Source of the DNA: Pseudomonas sp. | GTDB lineage: Bacteria > Pseudomonadota > Gammaproteobacteria > Pseudomonadales > Pseudomonadaceae | Length of the DNA stretch: 64,000 bases | Direction: 5' to 3' | Assembly (NCBI RefSeq): GCF_050739935.1 | Contig: NZ_JBOICF010000045.1 | Span: forward strand, 8,404-72,403 | Notes under the pieces: generated by a model | What the model saw: the letters and a program-made list of their open reading frames with translations, nothing else | The model's database searches: none | Told to the model about the DNA's origin: nothing | Position numbers and translations under genes: made by a program | In this document: piece after piece, positions 44,665 to 54,495 of the stretch | Position numbering within the stretch: the first letter of the stretch is position 1 | Layout of the letters: each line of letters starts with the position of its first letter

Positions 44665-45945
44665 TCACACACCGTGAGCAGCAAGCCGCGCGGCGTACCA
44701 GCGAGAGAACTGATCGACGTAGGATTCGGTGAATGCCGAGAACGGACCGGGTGAATAACCAGGGTCCTGAGTACCGCTGTGGGTGATCGCGACCAGATCG
44801 GCGTCCTGCTGATTGGTCGCTTTCCAGACCTCGATCAGCTTGTCGACTTCGTAATCCGCGCCCTCTACTGCGTCGGCATTCACGAGCCATTTGGTGCGCA
44901 CCAGGGTTTTGTCCGGAGCGAGCGGGATGATGTAGGAAATCACCGCGTGATCACTCATCACGTGGGTCCATGAGTTGTGCGTCCACAGATGAATGTCGCC
45001 CAGATCGCGTCGGGTCAGGTCGCCAAACAACTTGGTACACGCCACCCGGGTATCGAGGGTCTGGGATTCGCCATTGCCGGCAATGACCAATCGCTGCGTA
45101 CGAAATTGCGTCACGGCATCCACGTCCAGATGCTCCACGGCATCACAGAGGAAACCGTCGTCTTCCCAACTCTTTCTCGCTGCTGCATTTCGGCGCTCAT
45201 ACTCATCCAGCGCCTGAAGCGATTCTTCGCTAAGCCCTTCGGCGCAAAAACCGAAGTCTTCGGGCAGGAACGAGGCGGTCAGTTCCGGGTGAGTCGCCGA
45301 ACAGTGGTAACACTCGCGATTGTTCTCAATGACCAACTTCCAGTTACCGTTCTCGATGATCTCCGCTTCATGCGCGATCTTCGTGTAGGGCAAGTTATAA
45401 GGCGCAAACCGCGCTGTGACGGCTTCGGCCAGATAATTGATATCTTGCGGGGCCTGCTCGCCCAAGCAGACAAATATATGGGTGCCGACAACTTTGGTAT
45501 GTACCGGTTGCAAATTTCTGCATTTGCGGTCGAAATCCTGGCCCATATGTGCAGCATGTTTAAGGCGGCCGTCCAGATCATAAGTCCACTGATGATAAGG
45601 GCACACCAACATGCCGACTGTGGATTTGCCCGCAGGTTTGAGCCGAGCGCCGCGGTGCCGGCAGACATTACGAAAGGCCTGGATTTGCTCGTCGTCGTCA
45701 CGTACGACAATAATCGACGACCTGCCGATATCAATGGTGGAAATATCCCCTGGCTCAGGGATATCGGCGGTCACGCCAACCAGAATCCAGTGTTTGTTGA
45801 AAAAGATGTCCATATCGTTTTCGAACACATCTTCACGACCGAACAAACCGCCATTCATACCATGGCCCGGAATGCGAGTATCAACTAACTTTCGGTGAGC
45901 TTCGATGGCGGCAGTATTCACGGTATACCCCAGAGGTTTATTCAA
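44665..45945 (-). CDS. Rieske non-haem iron oxygenase alpha subunit (GbcA/Stc2-like family)
   Basis: 426 aa. Rieske motif CRHRGARL...CPYHQWTY. The mononuclear iron region is ...NNRECYHC... The stop is 4 nt upstream of the reductase start. Confidence 0.8.
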   Translation of the reverse strand: MNKPLGYTVNTAAIEAHRKLVDTRIPGHGMNGGLFGREDVFENDMDIFFNKHWILVGVTADIPEPGDISTIDIGRSSIIVVRDDDEQIQAFRNVCRHRGARLKPAGKSTVGMLVCPYHQWTYDLDGRLKHAAHMGQDFDRKCRNLQPVHTKVVGTHIFVCLGEQAPQDINYLAEAVTARFAPYNLPYTKIAHEAEIIENGNWKLVIENNRECYHCSATHPELTASFLPEDFGFCAEGLSEESLQALDEYERRNAAARKSWEDDGFLCDAVEHLDVDAVTQFRTQRLVIAGNGESQTLDTRVACTKLFGDLTRRDLGDIHLWTHNSWTHVMSDHAVISYIIPLAPDKTLVRTKWLVNADAVEGADYEVDKLIEVWKATNQQDADLVAITHSGTQDPGYSPGPFSAFTESYVDQFSRWYAARLAAHGV

Positions 45946-45993
45946 TATCTTTGAAACTTACTGAATAAAGTATCGTGACCGGGTTAAATACCG

Positions 45994-47004
45994 TCAACGC
46001 TCCATATTTTCAACTTCACATAGCTCTAAGTTATGCGAGCGCGCCGCGGATGAACTGCTGGCAATCGACTGCAGTGGGGCACTGCTGTCTCTGAGCCAAT
46101 CCACCAGGGCATGGATCAACGGAGTGATCTGGCGCCCGTTAGGGATGACCACATAATAAGCCTCCTTGGGCCTGACCACGCAGGGGGTCAGGCGCACCAG
46201 CTCGCCGCGCGCGAGCATCGGTTCGAGCAGGCGGTTCCAGCCAAGTGCGACGCCGTGGCCTTGCAGAGCCGCTTGAACGGTGTCGGTGTAAGAGCTGCAG
46301 CGCAGGGCGTATTTGAGCTTGGGCCGCTCGTCGCCCAGCGCTTTGAACCAGCCGTTCCACGTCATCCAGCCTTCCAGGGTTGCATCCGAATCGATCAACT
46401 TCACGTGCAGGAAATCGTCCGCGCGAGATGGTGCTGCATGGGTGGCGAGCCAGCCTGGCGAGCACACGGGGAAGACCTCTTCGTCGAACAGGAAGACAGA
46501 CGTGCCGTCATCCCACTTTCCGTCGCCATAGCGCACCGCCAGATCAATGTCGTCCGCGCGCAAATCCGGGGTTAGAACGTGGGTGATCAGGCGCAGTTGC
46601 AAGTCCGGATGATTCAGGCGCAGCGCACTCAGGCGCGGCAGAATGCGCAGTTGAGAGAACGCCGAGGTGCTGGCAAGCACAATTTCCTGCTCAGTGATGC
46701 CTTCGATGATCTTGTCGAAGACGTTCGCCATGCGCTGCAGGGAATCAGTGGTTACGGCATACAGGACGTAACCCTCGCTGGTCAGTTTGATTGCCCGATG
46801 CAGGCGGTGAAAGAGCCGGGTTTCCAGGGTTTCCTCCAGATACCTGATCTGCTTGCTCACCGCCGCCTGGGTCACGCCCAATTCCTGAGCCGCGAGGGTG
46901 AAACTGCTCTGTCTGGCGACTGCCTCGAACACCAGCAAGGCGGTCATCGACGGGATCAGACGCCGGTAGCCTTTGACCTTTTTACGAAATTCTTCGTGTT
47001 GCAT
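45994..47004 (-). CDS. LysR family transcriptional regulator
   Basis: 336 aa. N-terminal HTH (FEAVARQSSFTLAAQELGVTQAAVSKQIRYLEE) and a LysR substrate-binding domain. Confidence 0.85.
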   Translation of the reverse strand: MQHEEFRKKVKGYRRLIPSMTALLVFEAVARQSSFTLAAQELGVTQAAVSKQIRYLEETLETRLFHRLHRAIKLTSEGYVLYAVTTDSLQRMANVFDKIIEGITEQEIVLASTSAFSQLRILPRLSALRLNHPDLQLRLITHVLTPDLRADDIDLAVRYGDGKWDDGTSVFLFDEEVFPVCSPGWLATHAAPSRADDFLHVKLIDSDATLEGWMTWNGWFKALGDERPKLKYALRCSSYTDTVQAALQGHGVALGWNRLLEPMLARGELVRLTPCVVRPKEAYYVVIPNGRQITPLIHALVDWLRDSSAPLQSIASSSSAARSHNLELCEVENMER

Positions 47005-47143
47005 GGTGGTCGCTCTCGTCCAATATTTTCATGCAACGCAATCCTGAGTCGTTTCATGGAACGTCGTCTGAATGTACATAGGTGTACATCAAAAGATCAT
47101 GAGCGTACAGTTGATTCACTTTTTAATTCGAGGCGACTCGCGA

Positions 47144-47848
47144 ATGTCGGAATCAGCTAAAGGACGGAGCAAAACCCAGGACTCGGGCTGGCGGGGTTCT
47201 CCGGAGGGTTGGCTGGAGGCCGCCTACGACGCGCTGAAAGAGTCAGGCGTGGACGCCGTACGGGTCATGCCGCTGGCCAAGCGTCTCAATCTGTCGCGGA
47301 CCAGCTTCTATTGGTTCTTCCAGGACCGCGAACAGTTGCTTGCCGCGCTGTTGGCGCGCTGGAAGGACAAGAACACCGGCGGGCTGGTCAAGCAGTGCGA
47401 AAGCTATGCGGAGAGTATCTCGGAGGCCATCCTCAACGTTTTCGAATGCTGGATAAACCCGGAGCTTTTTGATTCGCAGTTTGAGTTCGCGGTTCGCAGT
47501 TGGGCGCTGCAGTCCGCCGAAGTGACCACCGAGATCGCAGCGGCCGACGAGGCGCGCATCAATGCCCTGGCGACCATGTTCAGGCGTTTCGGTTACGAAC
47601 ATGACGCCGCCGATGCTCGGGCGCGGACCATCTACCTGACCCAGATCGGCTACATTTCGATGGGCACCGCCGAGGACATCACGGTGCGTTTTCGTCGTAT
47701 TCCTCAATACGTCAGCATTTTCACCGGCAAGGCGCCGAAGAAACGCGAGCTCGACCGTTTCTTTGGAAAGTTCGGCTATGCCGAGAAAGAGCCCGGAGAG
47801 TTCGTGGCGTTGGCGGATACCTTCGAGGAGGCCCCAAGTGCGAGCTGA
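47144..47848 (+). CDS. TetR/AcrR family transcriptional regulator
   Basis: 234 aa from ATG 47144 (MSESAKGRS...). HTH ...VDAVRVMPLAKRLNLSRTSFYWFF. Confidence 0.75.
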   Translation: MSESAKGRSKTQDSGWRGSPEGWLEAAYDALKESGVDAVRVMPLAKRLNLSRTSFYWFFQDREQLLAALLARWKDKNTGGLVKQCESYAESISEAILNVFECWINPELFDSQFEFAVRSWALQSAEVTTEIAAADEARINALATMFRRFGYEHDAADARARTIYLTQIGYISMGTAEDITVRFRRIPQYVSIFTGKAPKKRELDRFFGKFGYAEKEPGEFVALADTFEEAPSAS

Positions 47849-48617
47849 AACCGTCGGCATCATTGGCGGCACAGGCTGGCTGGGCGGGGCGCTGGCCAGA
47901 GCGTTGCTCGACAATGCATTGATTGCCGCCGAGCGACTGTTTCTCTCCAATCGTTCCGGTGACCATCCGCTGGCTGCTTCGGGCGCTCATCTGCTGGCGG
48001 ACAATCAGGGGTTGGTCGATGCCAGCGACATCGTGATCGTCGCGGTGCGCCCAGAGCAATTCAAAGCACTGGCGATCAATGCGTCGGACAGGTTTGTGAT
48101 TTCGCTGATGGCCGGCGTACCGGCGCAAGCCATCAGCAGTGCCACCGGGGCGCGTAAGGTGGTACGCGCGATGGCCAACGCGGCGGTCGACATACGGCAG
48201 TCATTCACACCCTGGCATTGCTCGGTTGAGCTGTCAGCGTCTGATCAGGCTCTCGTCCAGCAGTTGCTGGAGTGTGTCGGTACGGCGAGCCGCGTGCCGA
48301 CGGAAGATTGCATCGACTATCTGAGCGCGCTGTGCGGCACAGGGCCCGCGTTTCCGGCGCTGTTGATGACGGCGTTGATGCGGCAGGCCGTTGCCGCCGG
48401 GATCCCGCAAGACATCGCTCGGCAGGCCGCACGCGGAGTCGTCCTGGGGGCGAGTCGGTTGCTTGATGAGACCGAGCCGCAGGCGATGATCGACTCGCTG
48501 ATGGCTTATCGCGGGGTCACGGCGGCAGCGTTGCAAAGCCTGCTCGCCGCCGATTTCGAGGCCATGGTCGGGCGTGCTGTCCAAGCCGGAGCAGATGTTG
48601 CGCGCGGCGGAATGTAG
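47838..48617 (+). CDS. Pyrroline-5-carboxylate reductase family protein (ProC-like)
   Basis: 259 aa from the GTG at 47838, overlapping the TetR stop by 11 nt. Rossmann motif VGIIGGTGWLGGALA. C-terminal P5CR dimerisation-like region (LCGTGPAFPALL...). Confidence 0.65.
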   Translation: MRAETVGIIGGTGWLGGALARALLDNALIAAERLFLSNRSGDHPLAASGAHLLADNQGLVDASDIVIVAVRPEQFKALAINASDRFVISLMAGVPAQAISSATGARKVVRAMANAAVDIRQSFTPWHCSVELSASDQALVQQLLECVGTASRVPTEDCIDYLSALCGTGPAFPALLMTALMRQAVAAGIPQDIARQAARGVVLGASRLLDETEPQAMIDSLMAYRGVTAAALQSLLAADFEAMVGRAVQAGADVARGGM

Positions 48618-49088
48618 GAAAACCCGCCTGGCACGCGAGCAGGAGGCAGTCTTTAGTATTGATCGACTATCGTCGGTAGTTATACCCGTTACTTACCATG
48701 GAGATAAACAAGTCGTTCAGATTAAGTTGAAGTCGCATGATGCTCCAATAACAACTTTTCAAGAACACTTGCGACGGGCTGCGCAGCGCTGTTGCGCTGA
48801 CCGAATCTTCCAAGTCGTAAAAATGGCAGGAGAAAAAGCTGTGAAATCAATAATTTTTAATGAATTAGTTGTAAGGGCTACTACATCAAAAGATCCATCG
48901 CAGACTATGAAATGGATTTTTCTCAAAGACAGTAGAGGTGCAATTATCCTCGGATAACCTGGGCTCATGCCGGGATAACCTTTATTAGCTTGAGCCTATT
49001 AAAACGTTCTGTTGTTATAACAAAAAAAGCCGTAATTATTTCCACTGCCGCACCAGGTAACATCCATACACGATAGGGGAGATGCACA

Positions 49089-49994
49089 ATGGTTGCTTAT
49101 TCACCGTATAAGAAAAAACGTATTGGTTGGTTGGCAGGGGTTGCCTTGACGACTGTGAGCCTGTTCACTCAGGCCGCAGAGCAACCGCCAGTGCGTATCG
49201 GCTGGGTCAACTGGTCGGACACCGTGATTGCGGTCCAGCTCGCCAACATCGTTCTGCAGGATCAGTTGAAGCAGCCGGTCAAGCTGGTCATGGCCGACAT
49301 TGGCATACAGTTTCAGGCCATGGCCGACGGCAAGATCGACGTGATCCCGATGGTCTGGCTGCCGGGCACACACAAGGCCTTCTATGACAAATACAAGGAC
49401 AAACTCGAAGATCTGGGCGTGCTGTATGAAGGACGCATCGGCATGGCGGTGCCGAAAGACCTTGTTCCTGAGAGTGAAGTTTCAAGCATTGCTGACCTGA
49501 ACAAGCCGGAAATCAGGACCAGGTTTGACAGCAAGATACTGACCTCCGAGGTAGGCAATGGACAGTACAAGCTGACCGAAAAGGCCATCAACGAGAAAAA
49601 GATCGTGGGGTACACGCTGGTCGGGTCTTCGGAAAGCGGGATGCTGAGCGAGCTGGATCGTAACCTGAAACGCAAGAAGTGGTCGCTGGTCAATGCCTGG
49701 AGTCCGCACTGGATGTTCTCCAAATATCCACTGCGCTATCTGGATGATCCTGAGCATTTGTTCGGTGGCACCGAGCAGATCCACGCGGTTGCCCGCAAAG
49801 GCTTCAGTGAACAGTACCCACAGGTGGCGCAGTTCTTTGCCCACTACTCCATCCCGCAGGCGGACCTGGAAACGATGATGAACGATGCGCGCGCGAGTTC
49901 CGCCGACAAGGTGGCCGCTGCGTATTACGCGGCCAACAAACCGCGCTTCGCGGCGATGTTCAAGGACAGCGCCACGGCATCGGCGACGCCTTGA
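49089..49994 (+). CDS. Glycine betaine/quaternary-amine ABC-type substrate-binding protein (OpuAC family), orphan
   Basis: 301 aa. Signal peptide (...ALTTVSLFTQAAEQ). OpuAC-like strings (IGWVNWSD..., WLPGTHKAFYDKY, NAWSPHWMF). No permease or ATPase gene is adjacent. Confidence 0.8.
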   Translation: MVAYSPYKKKRIGWLAGVALTTVSLFTQAAEQPPVRIGWVNWSDTVIAVQLANIVLQDQLKQPVKLVMADIGIQFQAMADGKIDVIPMVWLPGTHKAFYDKYKDKLEDLGVLYEGRIGMAVPKDLVPESEVSSIADLNKPEIRTRFDSKILTSEVGNGQYKLTEKAINEKKIVGYTLVGSSESGMLSELDRNLKRKKWSLVNAWSPHWMFSKYPLRYLDDPEHLFGGTEQIHAVARKGFSEQYPQVAQFFAHYSIPQADLETMMNDARASSADKVAAAYYAANKPRFAAMFKDSATASATP

Positions 49995-50017
49995 TCCAGG
50001 TCTCTTAAGCCGACCTT

Positions 50018-50087
50018 CTGTAGCAGTCCGGCTTGCCGGCGGTGCGGTCCTGAAGATCGCTACCGCCGGCAAGCCGGATTGCTACAG
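50018..50087. repeat. REPIN hairpin
   Basis: CTGTAGCAGTCCGGCTTGCCGGCGGT...ACCGCCGGCAAGCCGGATTGCTACAG, lying between convergent gene ends. Confidence 0.85.
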
Positions 50088-50111
50088 AACCTTGCGTATA
50101 TCCGCAGGTAC

Positions 50112-52298
50112 TCAGCCCGCCGACTCATCCTTCTTCCCGCGAACCCCGCTCACACTTCCACCACTGGTGCTCACCTGCACATTCAGCCGCGGCGTCGCCA
50201 GGTCCATGCCGGCTTCGTCCAGATAGCGCTTGAGCGACAGGTTGAACGCGCGTGACACTTCCCATTGCTTGATCGGCGCAGTCTTGAAGCGTGCGCGCAG
50301 GATGGCGTTGCCCGACTCGAAACTCTCCACGCCCTGAATCTCCAGCGGCGACCAGATGTTGCGGCGCTGCAGGGGATCGGTGCGCATCTTCTGGCCGACG
50401 TCGCGAATCATCTTCAAGGCGTCGTCGATGTTCATGTTCGACGGGATGGCGATGCGGAAAATCGCGTAGCCGAATTCGCGGGAGTAGTTCTGGATGCTCT
50501 TGATCTCGCTGAACGGAATCGTGTGCACGATGCCGTCGATGTCGCGCAGGCGCACGGTGCGAATGGTCAGCCCCTCGACCGTGCCTAGATGCCCACCGAC
50601 GTCCACGTAATCGTCGATGGCCAGCGAGTCCTCGATGATGATGAACAGGCCGGTGATCAAATCCGCGACCAGCGACTGCGCGCCGAAACCGATAGCCAGA
50701 CCGATCACACCGGCACCAGCCAGCAGCGGGGTCACGTTCATGCCCATGTTCGCCAGCGCGACGATCACCGCGATGATGAAAATGGTCACGAACAGCACGT
50801 TGCGGATCAGCGGCATCATCGTCTGCGCGCGAGCGTTGGCCAGACCTTTGCGCGAGCGGGTGAGGGCGTGATGAATCGCGGTGTCGGCCAGAATCCAGAT
50901 CAGCCACGCGAATACCAGCGTTGCCGCCAGACCGACGAGACGCACGCTGATGTCATGGCCGTCGCCCTCGGAAAAGCGGATCAGCGACAGGCCCCATACA
51001 CGCAGGCCCAACTCGATGAACAGCAGCCAGACCAGCAGATGCGCCACGGTATAGAAGAAGCTTTTCAGCCGTTCGGAATACAGCGCATGTCGTTTATGAC
51101 CGTGGGCCGGTTTCTGCGAGTAGCGCCGCACCAGGCCGTTGATGACCATGCACAGCACCAGCAGCACGGTACAAATCAGCGACTGGCGCAGGGCGGTGCT
51201 TGTGTCGCCCGCCGAGAAGAACGTGGCGAACAGCGACACACCTACCAATACCAATGCGGGCAGATACCAGAAGCTGCCAAGGACTTCGATGGTGTCGCTC
51301 AGCGCTCGGCGTTTCAGGCGGCGGGACAGTGGCTGATTGCGAATCAGATGGGCGATCGGCCTGCGAAAACGGAGGATGAACAGCCCTGTCGAAATCGCCG
51401 CCATGACGTTGGCCAGGGTCGCCGCAGTGTGCGCCAGATGCACGCCGAGGCTGGCAACCAGTCGTGGGTCGCTCAGCGCCTCACCGAACGCGGCAAAACT
51501 GCCAATCCACCACAGCGGACGAAATGCCTGATGCCGCAGGATATACAGCGCTCGATGACGGTGCGGGCCGTCGAGCAGGGAAAAGGCGATCACGCAGATG
51601 GCCGAAAACAGCGTACCCACCACAAGCGCATAAGCCAGCACCATGGCCAGGTCACGGCCCAGCGACGGTGGCAGGGAATAACTGAGGTAAATGGTGATCA
51701 CCAATGCGATCAGCCAGGGGCCGAGTTTGCGCAGTGCAAAGCGCAGCATGTCGGTGGGGCGTGGATGTTGTGGCAGTTCTTCTGATAGCCCGAAACGCAG
51801 GCGCACCCGATGGCTGAGCCAGATCAACGCGGCGGCCAGCAGGCTCCAAAGGGCAATGACCACGGCAAAGCTGAAGATGATCGGCCACCACTGGCTGGCA
51901 GGCAGCATCAGCGCGACGAGTTCCTGTTCGGCCAACGCCACCTCAGCTCCCCAGCGGCTGAGCGGACTGTCTTCGCCGGTGAACTGTTTTTCGAATTCGG
52001 ACAGCGTGCCGCCGATCAATCCCAGAACGCCTTGCTCGGCGTTGGGCTGGGCTCTTTTGCTGGCGTCGCGTAGTTTCTTGAGGTCATCGAGCAGCTTGCT
52101 GCGTTGCTGGTCGTTCTCCAGCGAGGTGATTACTTCATCCAGCGACTGGCCCAGTGGCTCTTGCGCCTGGGGCTGAGCCTTCTGACCACTCAGCAGGCTG
52201 GGCAGCCCGGCGGCCTGAGTCAACGCGAGAGGAAACAATGCCAGCAGACAGATCAACAACAGACGCGGCAGGGTGCAAGTGCGGGAAGGGGGAATCAC
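50112..52298 (-). CDS. Mechanosensitive ion channel family protein (large MscK/MscM-like)
   Basis: 728 aa with a GTG start at 52298. Signal peptide, periplasmic N-domain, multiple TM segments, and an MscS core (...GAGVIGLAIGFGAQSLVADLITGLFIIIEDS...). Confidence 0.85.
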   Translation of the reverse strand: MIPPSRTCTLPRLLLICLLALFPLALTQAAGLPSLLSGQKAQPQAQEPLGQSLDEVITSLENDQQRSKLLDDLKKLRDASKRAQPNAEQGVLGLIGGTLSEFEKQFTGEDSPLSRWGAEVALAEQELVALMLPASQWWPIIFSFAVVIALWSLLAAALIWLSHRVRLRFGLSEELPQHPRPTDMLRFALRKLGPWLIALVITIYLSYSLPPSLGRDLAMVLAYALVVGTLFSAICVIAFSLLDGPHRHRALYILRHQAFRPLWWIGSFAAFGEALSDPRLVASLGVHLAHTAATLANVMAAISTGLFILRFRRPIAHLIRNQPLSRRLKRRALSDTIEVLGSFWYLPALVLVGVSLFATFFSAGDTSTALRQSLICTVLLVLCMVINGLVRRYSQKPAHGHKRHALYSERLKSFFYTVAHLLVWLLFIELGLRVWGLSLIRFSEGDGHDISVRLVGLAATLVFAWLIWILADTAIHHALTRSRKGLANARAQTMMPLIRNVLFVTIFIIAVIVALANMGMNVTPLLAGAGVIGLAIGFGAQSLVADLITGLFIIIEDSLAIDDYVDVGGHLGTVEGLTIRTVRLRDIDGIVHTIPFSEIKSIQNYSREFGYAIFRIAIPSNMNIDDALKMIRDVGQKMRTDPLQRRNIWSPLEIQGVESFESGNAILRARFKTAPIKQWEVSRAFNLSLKRYLDEAGMDLATPRLNVQVSTSGGSVSGVRGKKDESAG

Positions 52299-52440
52299 CG
52301 GGTCATCAACCTCGAATCGGGCGGGCCATTGATTACGTTATAGGAGCTGGCTTTCCGGTGAATGCGGTGTGTCAGCCAAGACAAGGTTGCTGATAAACCT
52401 CATTCGCCAGCTAGCCGGCTCCTACAGTAGCGAGTGTCGG

Positions 52441-53730
52441 TTATGGCAACTCGGCACTGGCATAAAACGCTGTCAGCACCTTGACCAGATGCGCCAGGTC
52501 CTGGCTGCCGGCCAGCTCGCGGATCGAGTGCATGGCGAAGGTCGGCAGGCCGATATCCACTGTGCGCACACCCAGATGGCCGGCGGTGATCGGGCCAATG
52601 GTCGAGCCGCAGGCCATGTCGGTGCGGACCACGAAGCTCTGCACTGGCACTTCTTCGGCCATGCACAGATGGCGGAAGAAACCGGCGGTTTCGCTGTTGG
52701 TGGCGTAGCGCTGGTTGGTGTTGACCTTGATCACCGGGCCGGCATTGAGTTTCGGGCCGTGGTTAGCGTCATGCTTTTCGGCGTAGTTGGGGTGCACGCC
52801 ATGGGCGTTATCGGCGGAAATCAGCAGTGATCTCTGGATGGTGCGCACATAGTCGTCGCCTTCGGGCAGCAGACGTTGCAGCACTTGCTCCAGCATCGGG
52901 CCATCGGCACCGCAGGCAGAGGTCGAGCCGACTTCTTCATGGTCGGTGCAGATCAGCAGGCAGGTTTCATCGCCATCGGCGTTGAGCAGGGCTTGCAGGC
53001 CAGCGAAGCATGACAGCAGGTTGTCCAGACGCGCGCCTGCGATGAAATCACCGTTCAGGCCGATGACGGCTGCGCTCTGGGTGTCGTAGAAGCTCAACTC
53101 GTAGTCGAGCACCACGTCGGCGTTCAGGCCATGCTCGCGTGCAAGCTGGTCGGTGAGCAAGGCGCGGAAGTCAGCGCGCTCGTCGCCTGCCACTTGCGCG
53201 AGAATTGGCGGCAGTTCGTTTTGCGGGTTGATCGGCCAGCCTTCGTTGGCGGTGCGATTGAGGTGTATCGCCAGGTTGGGGATGATCGCGATCGGCAGTT
53301 TGAAGTCGATCAGTTGGCTTTCGACCTTGCCGTCACGACGAAAGGTGACGCGGCCAGCCAGCGACAGGTCGCGGTCGAACCACGGAGCGAGCAGGGCGCC
53401 GCCGTAGACTTCGACGCCCAGTTGCCAGAAACCCTGGCGTTGCAGTTCAGGCTGGGGCTTGACCCGCAGGCAGGGGCTGTCGGTGTGCGCGCCGACCAGA
53501 CGAATCCCGCCGATCAGTGGCGACAGGCGACCCAGTTTGAAGGCGACGATGGAGGAGTCGTTGCGGGTGACGTAGTAGCGGCCACCAGCTTCGGTGTGCC
53601 AAGGCTCGCGTTCGTCCAGGCGCTGATAGCCGGCGCCTTCGAGACGTTGTACCAGGCTTGCGGTGGCGTGGAATGGGGTGGGGGAGGCCTTAAGAAAGTC
53701 GATCAGGCCTTGGTTCAACTCTTCGCGCAT
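52441..53730 (-). CDS. apeB: M18 family aminopeptidase (aspartyl aminopeptidase-like)
   Basis: 429 aa. N-terminus [22 protein letters not shown] and [11 protein letters not shown] / DHEEVGS motifs are typical of M18. Confidence 0.85.
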   Translation of the reverse strand: MREELNQGLIDFLKASPTPFHATASLVQRLEGAGYQRLDEREPWHTEAGGRYYVTRNDSSIVAFKLGRLSPLIGGIRLVGAHTDSPCLRVKPQPELQRQGFWQLGVEVYGGALLAPWFDRDLSLAGRVTFRRDGKVESQLIDFKLPIAIIPNLAIHLNRTANEGWPINPQNELPPILAQVAGDERADFRALLTDQLAREHGLNADVVLDYELSFYDTQSAAVIGLNGDFIAGARLDNLLSCFAGLQALLNADGDETCLLICTDHEEVGSTSACGADGPMLEQVLQRLLPEGDDYVRTIQRSLLISADNAHGVHPNYAEKHDANHGPKLNAGPVIKVNTNQRYATNSETAGFFRHLCMAEEVPVQSFVVRTDMACGSTIGPITAGHLGVRTVDIGLPTFAMHSIRELAGSQDLAHLVKVLTAFYASAELP

Positions 53731-53992
53731 AAGTTACTCCAGACAGCAATGGCGCGAGTTTACAGGCCTATTACTGTGGGGGCGAGCGTGGTTGCTGTGG
53801 GGCTTGATGTTGGCGCTGGGTTGGGGTGTATATCCGATGCTTTTGGCGCCGCTGACTTAATTCTGCTTAACGGCAGAAGCGTTTCGCCCCCGGCGGGTTA
53901 TTTTTGAAAAGCCGGGATGCCGGACCAGGCAAAAGTAGCAAAGCGTTTGCTTCCGGTTGGGTCCAACGTCGTCGGAGTCCTTCCTCCGGCGG

Positions 53993-54490
53993 CCTGCATC
54001 CCAAGTCGCGATTCGTGTCGTCTGAACTATCGCGTAAGAAAAGCAACGGCATGACGGGCTGGAGCTAGCGCTCTTCGCATCGAATGCCGAACACGATGCT
54101 TCGCTGCACCCCCGATCTGCTGTAGGAGCCAGCTTGCTGGCGAACGCGGAGTGTCAGACCACGCATCTGTGACTGACCCGCCGCATTCGCCAGCAAGCCG
54201 GCTCCTACAGGTTTTGCGGTGTATCGAATTCAGCGAATGCACACATTCCCTGTAGCAGTCCGGCTTGCCGGCGGTAGCGATCTTGCGCAGCAAAGCCTGC
54301 GTTCGGCCTGCATCCCAAGTCGCGATTTGTGTCGTCTCAACTATCGCGTAAGAGCAACGGCTTGACGGATTGGAGCTAACGTTCTTCGCATCGTTGATGC
54401 CGAACACGATGCTTCGCTGCACCCCCGATCTACTGTAGGAGCCGGCTTGCTGGCGACCGCGGAGTGTCAGACCACGCATCTGTGACGGGG
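53993..54490. repeat. About 314-bp tandem direct duplication carrying REP/REPIN elements
   Basis: CCTGCATCCCAAGTCGCGAT... begins at 53993 and again at 54307. About 180 nt align with few mismatches or indels, including ...CGAACACGATGCTTCGCTGCACCCCCGATCT[G/A]CTGTAGGAGCC. There is a full REPIN at 54117-54210, and the second copy is truncated before the rluA stop. Confidence 0.8.
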
Positions 54491-54495
54491 GCCTG

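Noticed and set aside
48574-48957. 127-aa ORF in the AT-rich stretch
   Set aside because: It starts within the 3' end of the ProC-like gene in another frame, lacks an RBS at plausible internal starts, and has no motif. Kept only as part of the low-GC observation.
50589-51785. 398-aa + strand ORF (and 50125..50907 on the - strand) overlapping the mechanosensitive channel gene
   Set aside because: Alternative or antisense frames of a clear MscS-family gene, with His/Arg/Gln-rich low-complexity translations.
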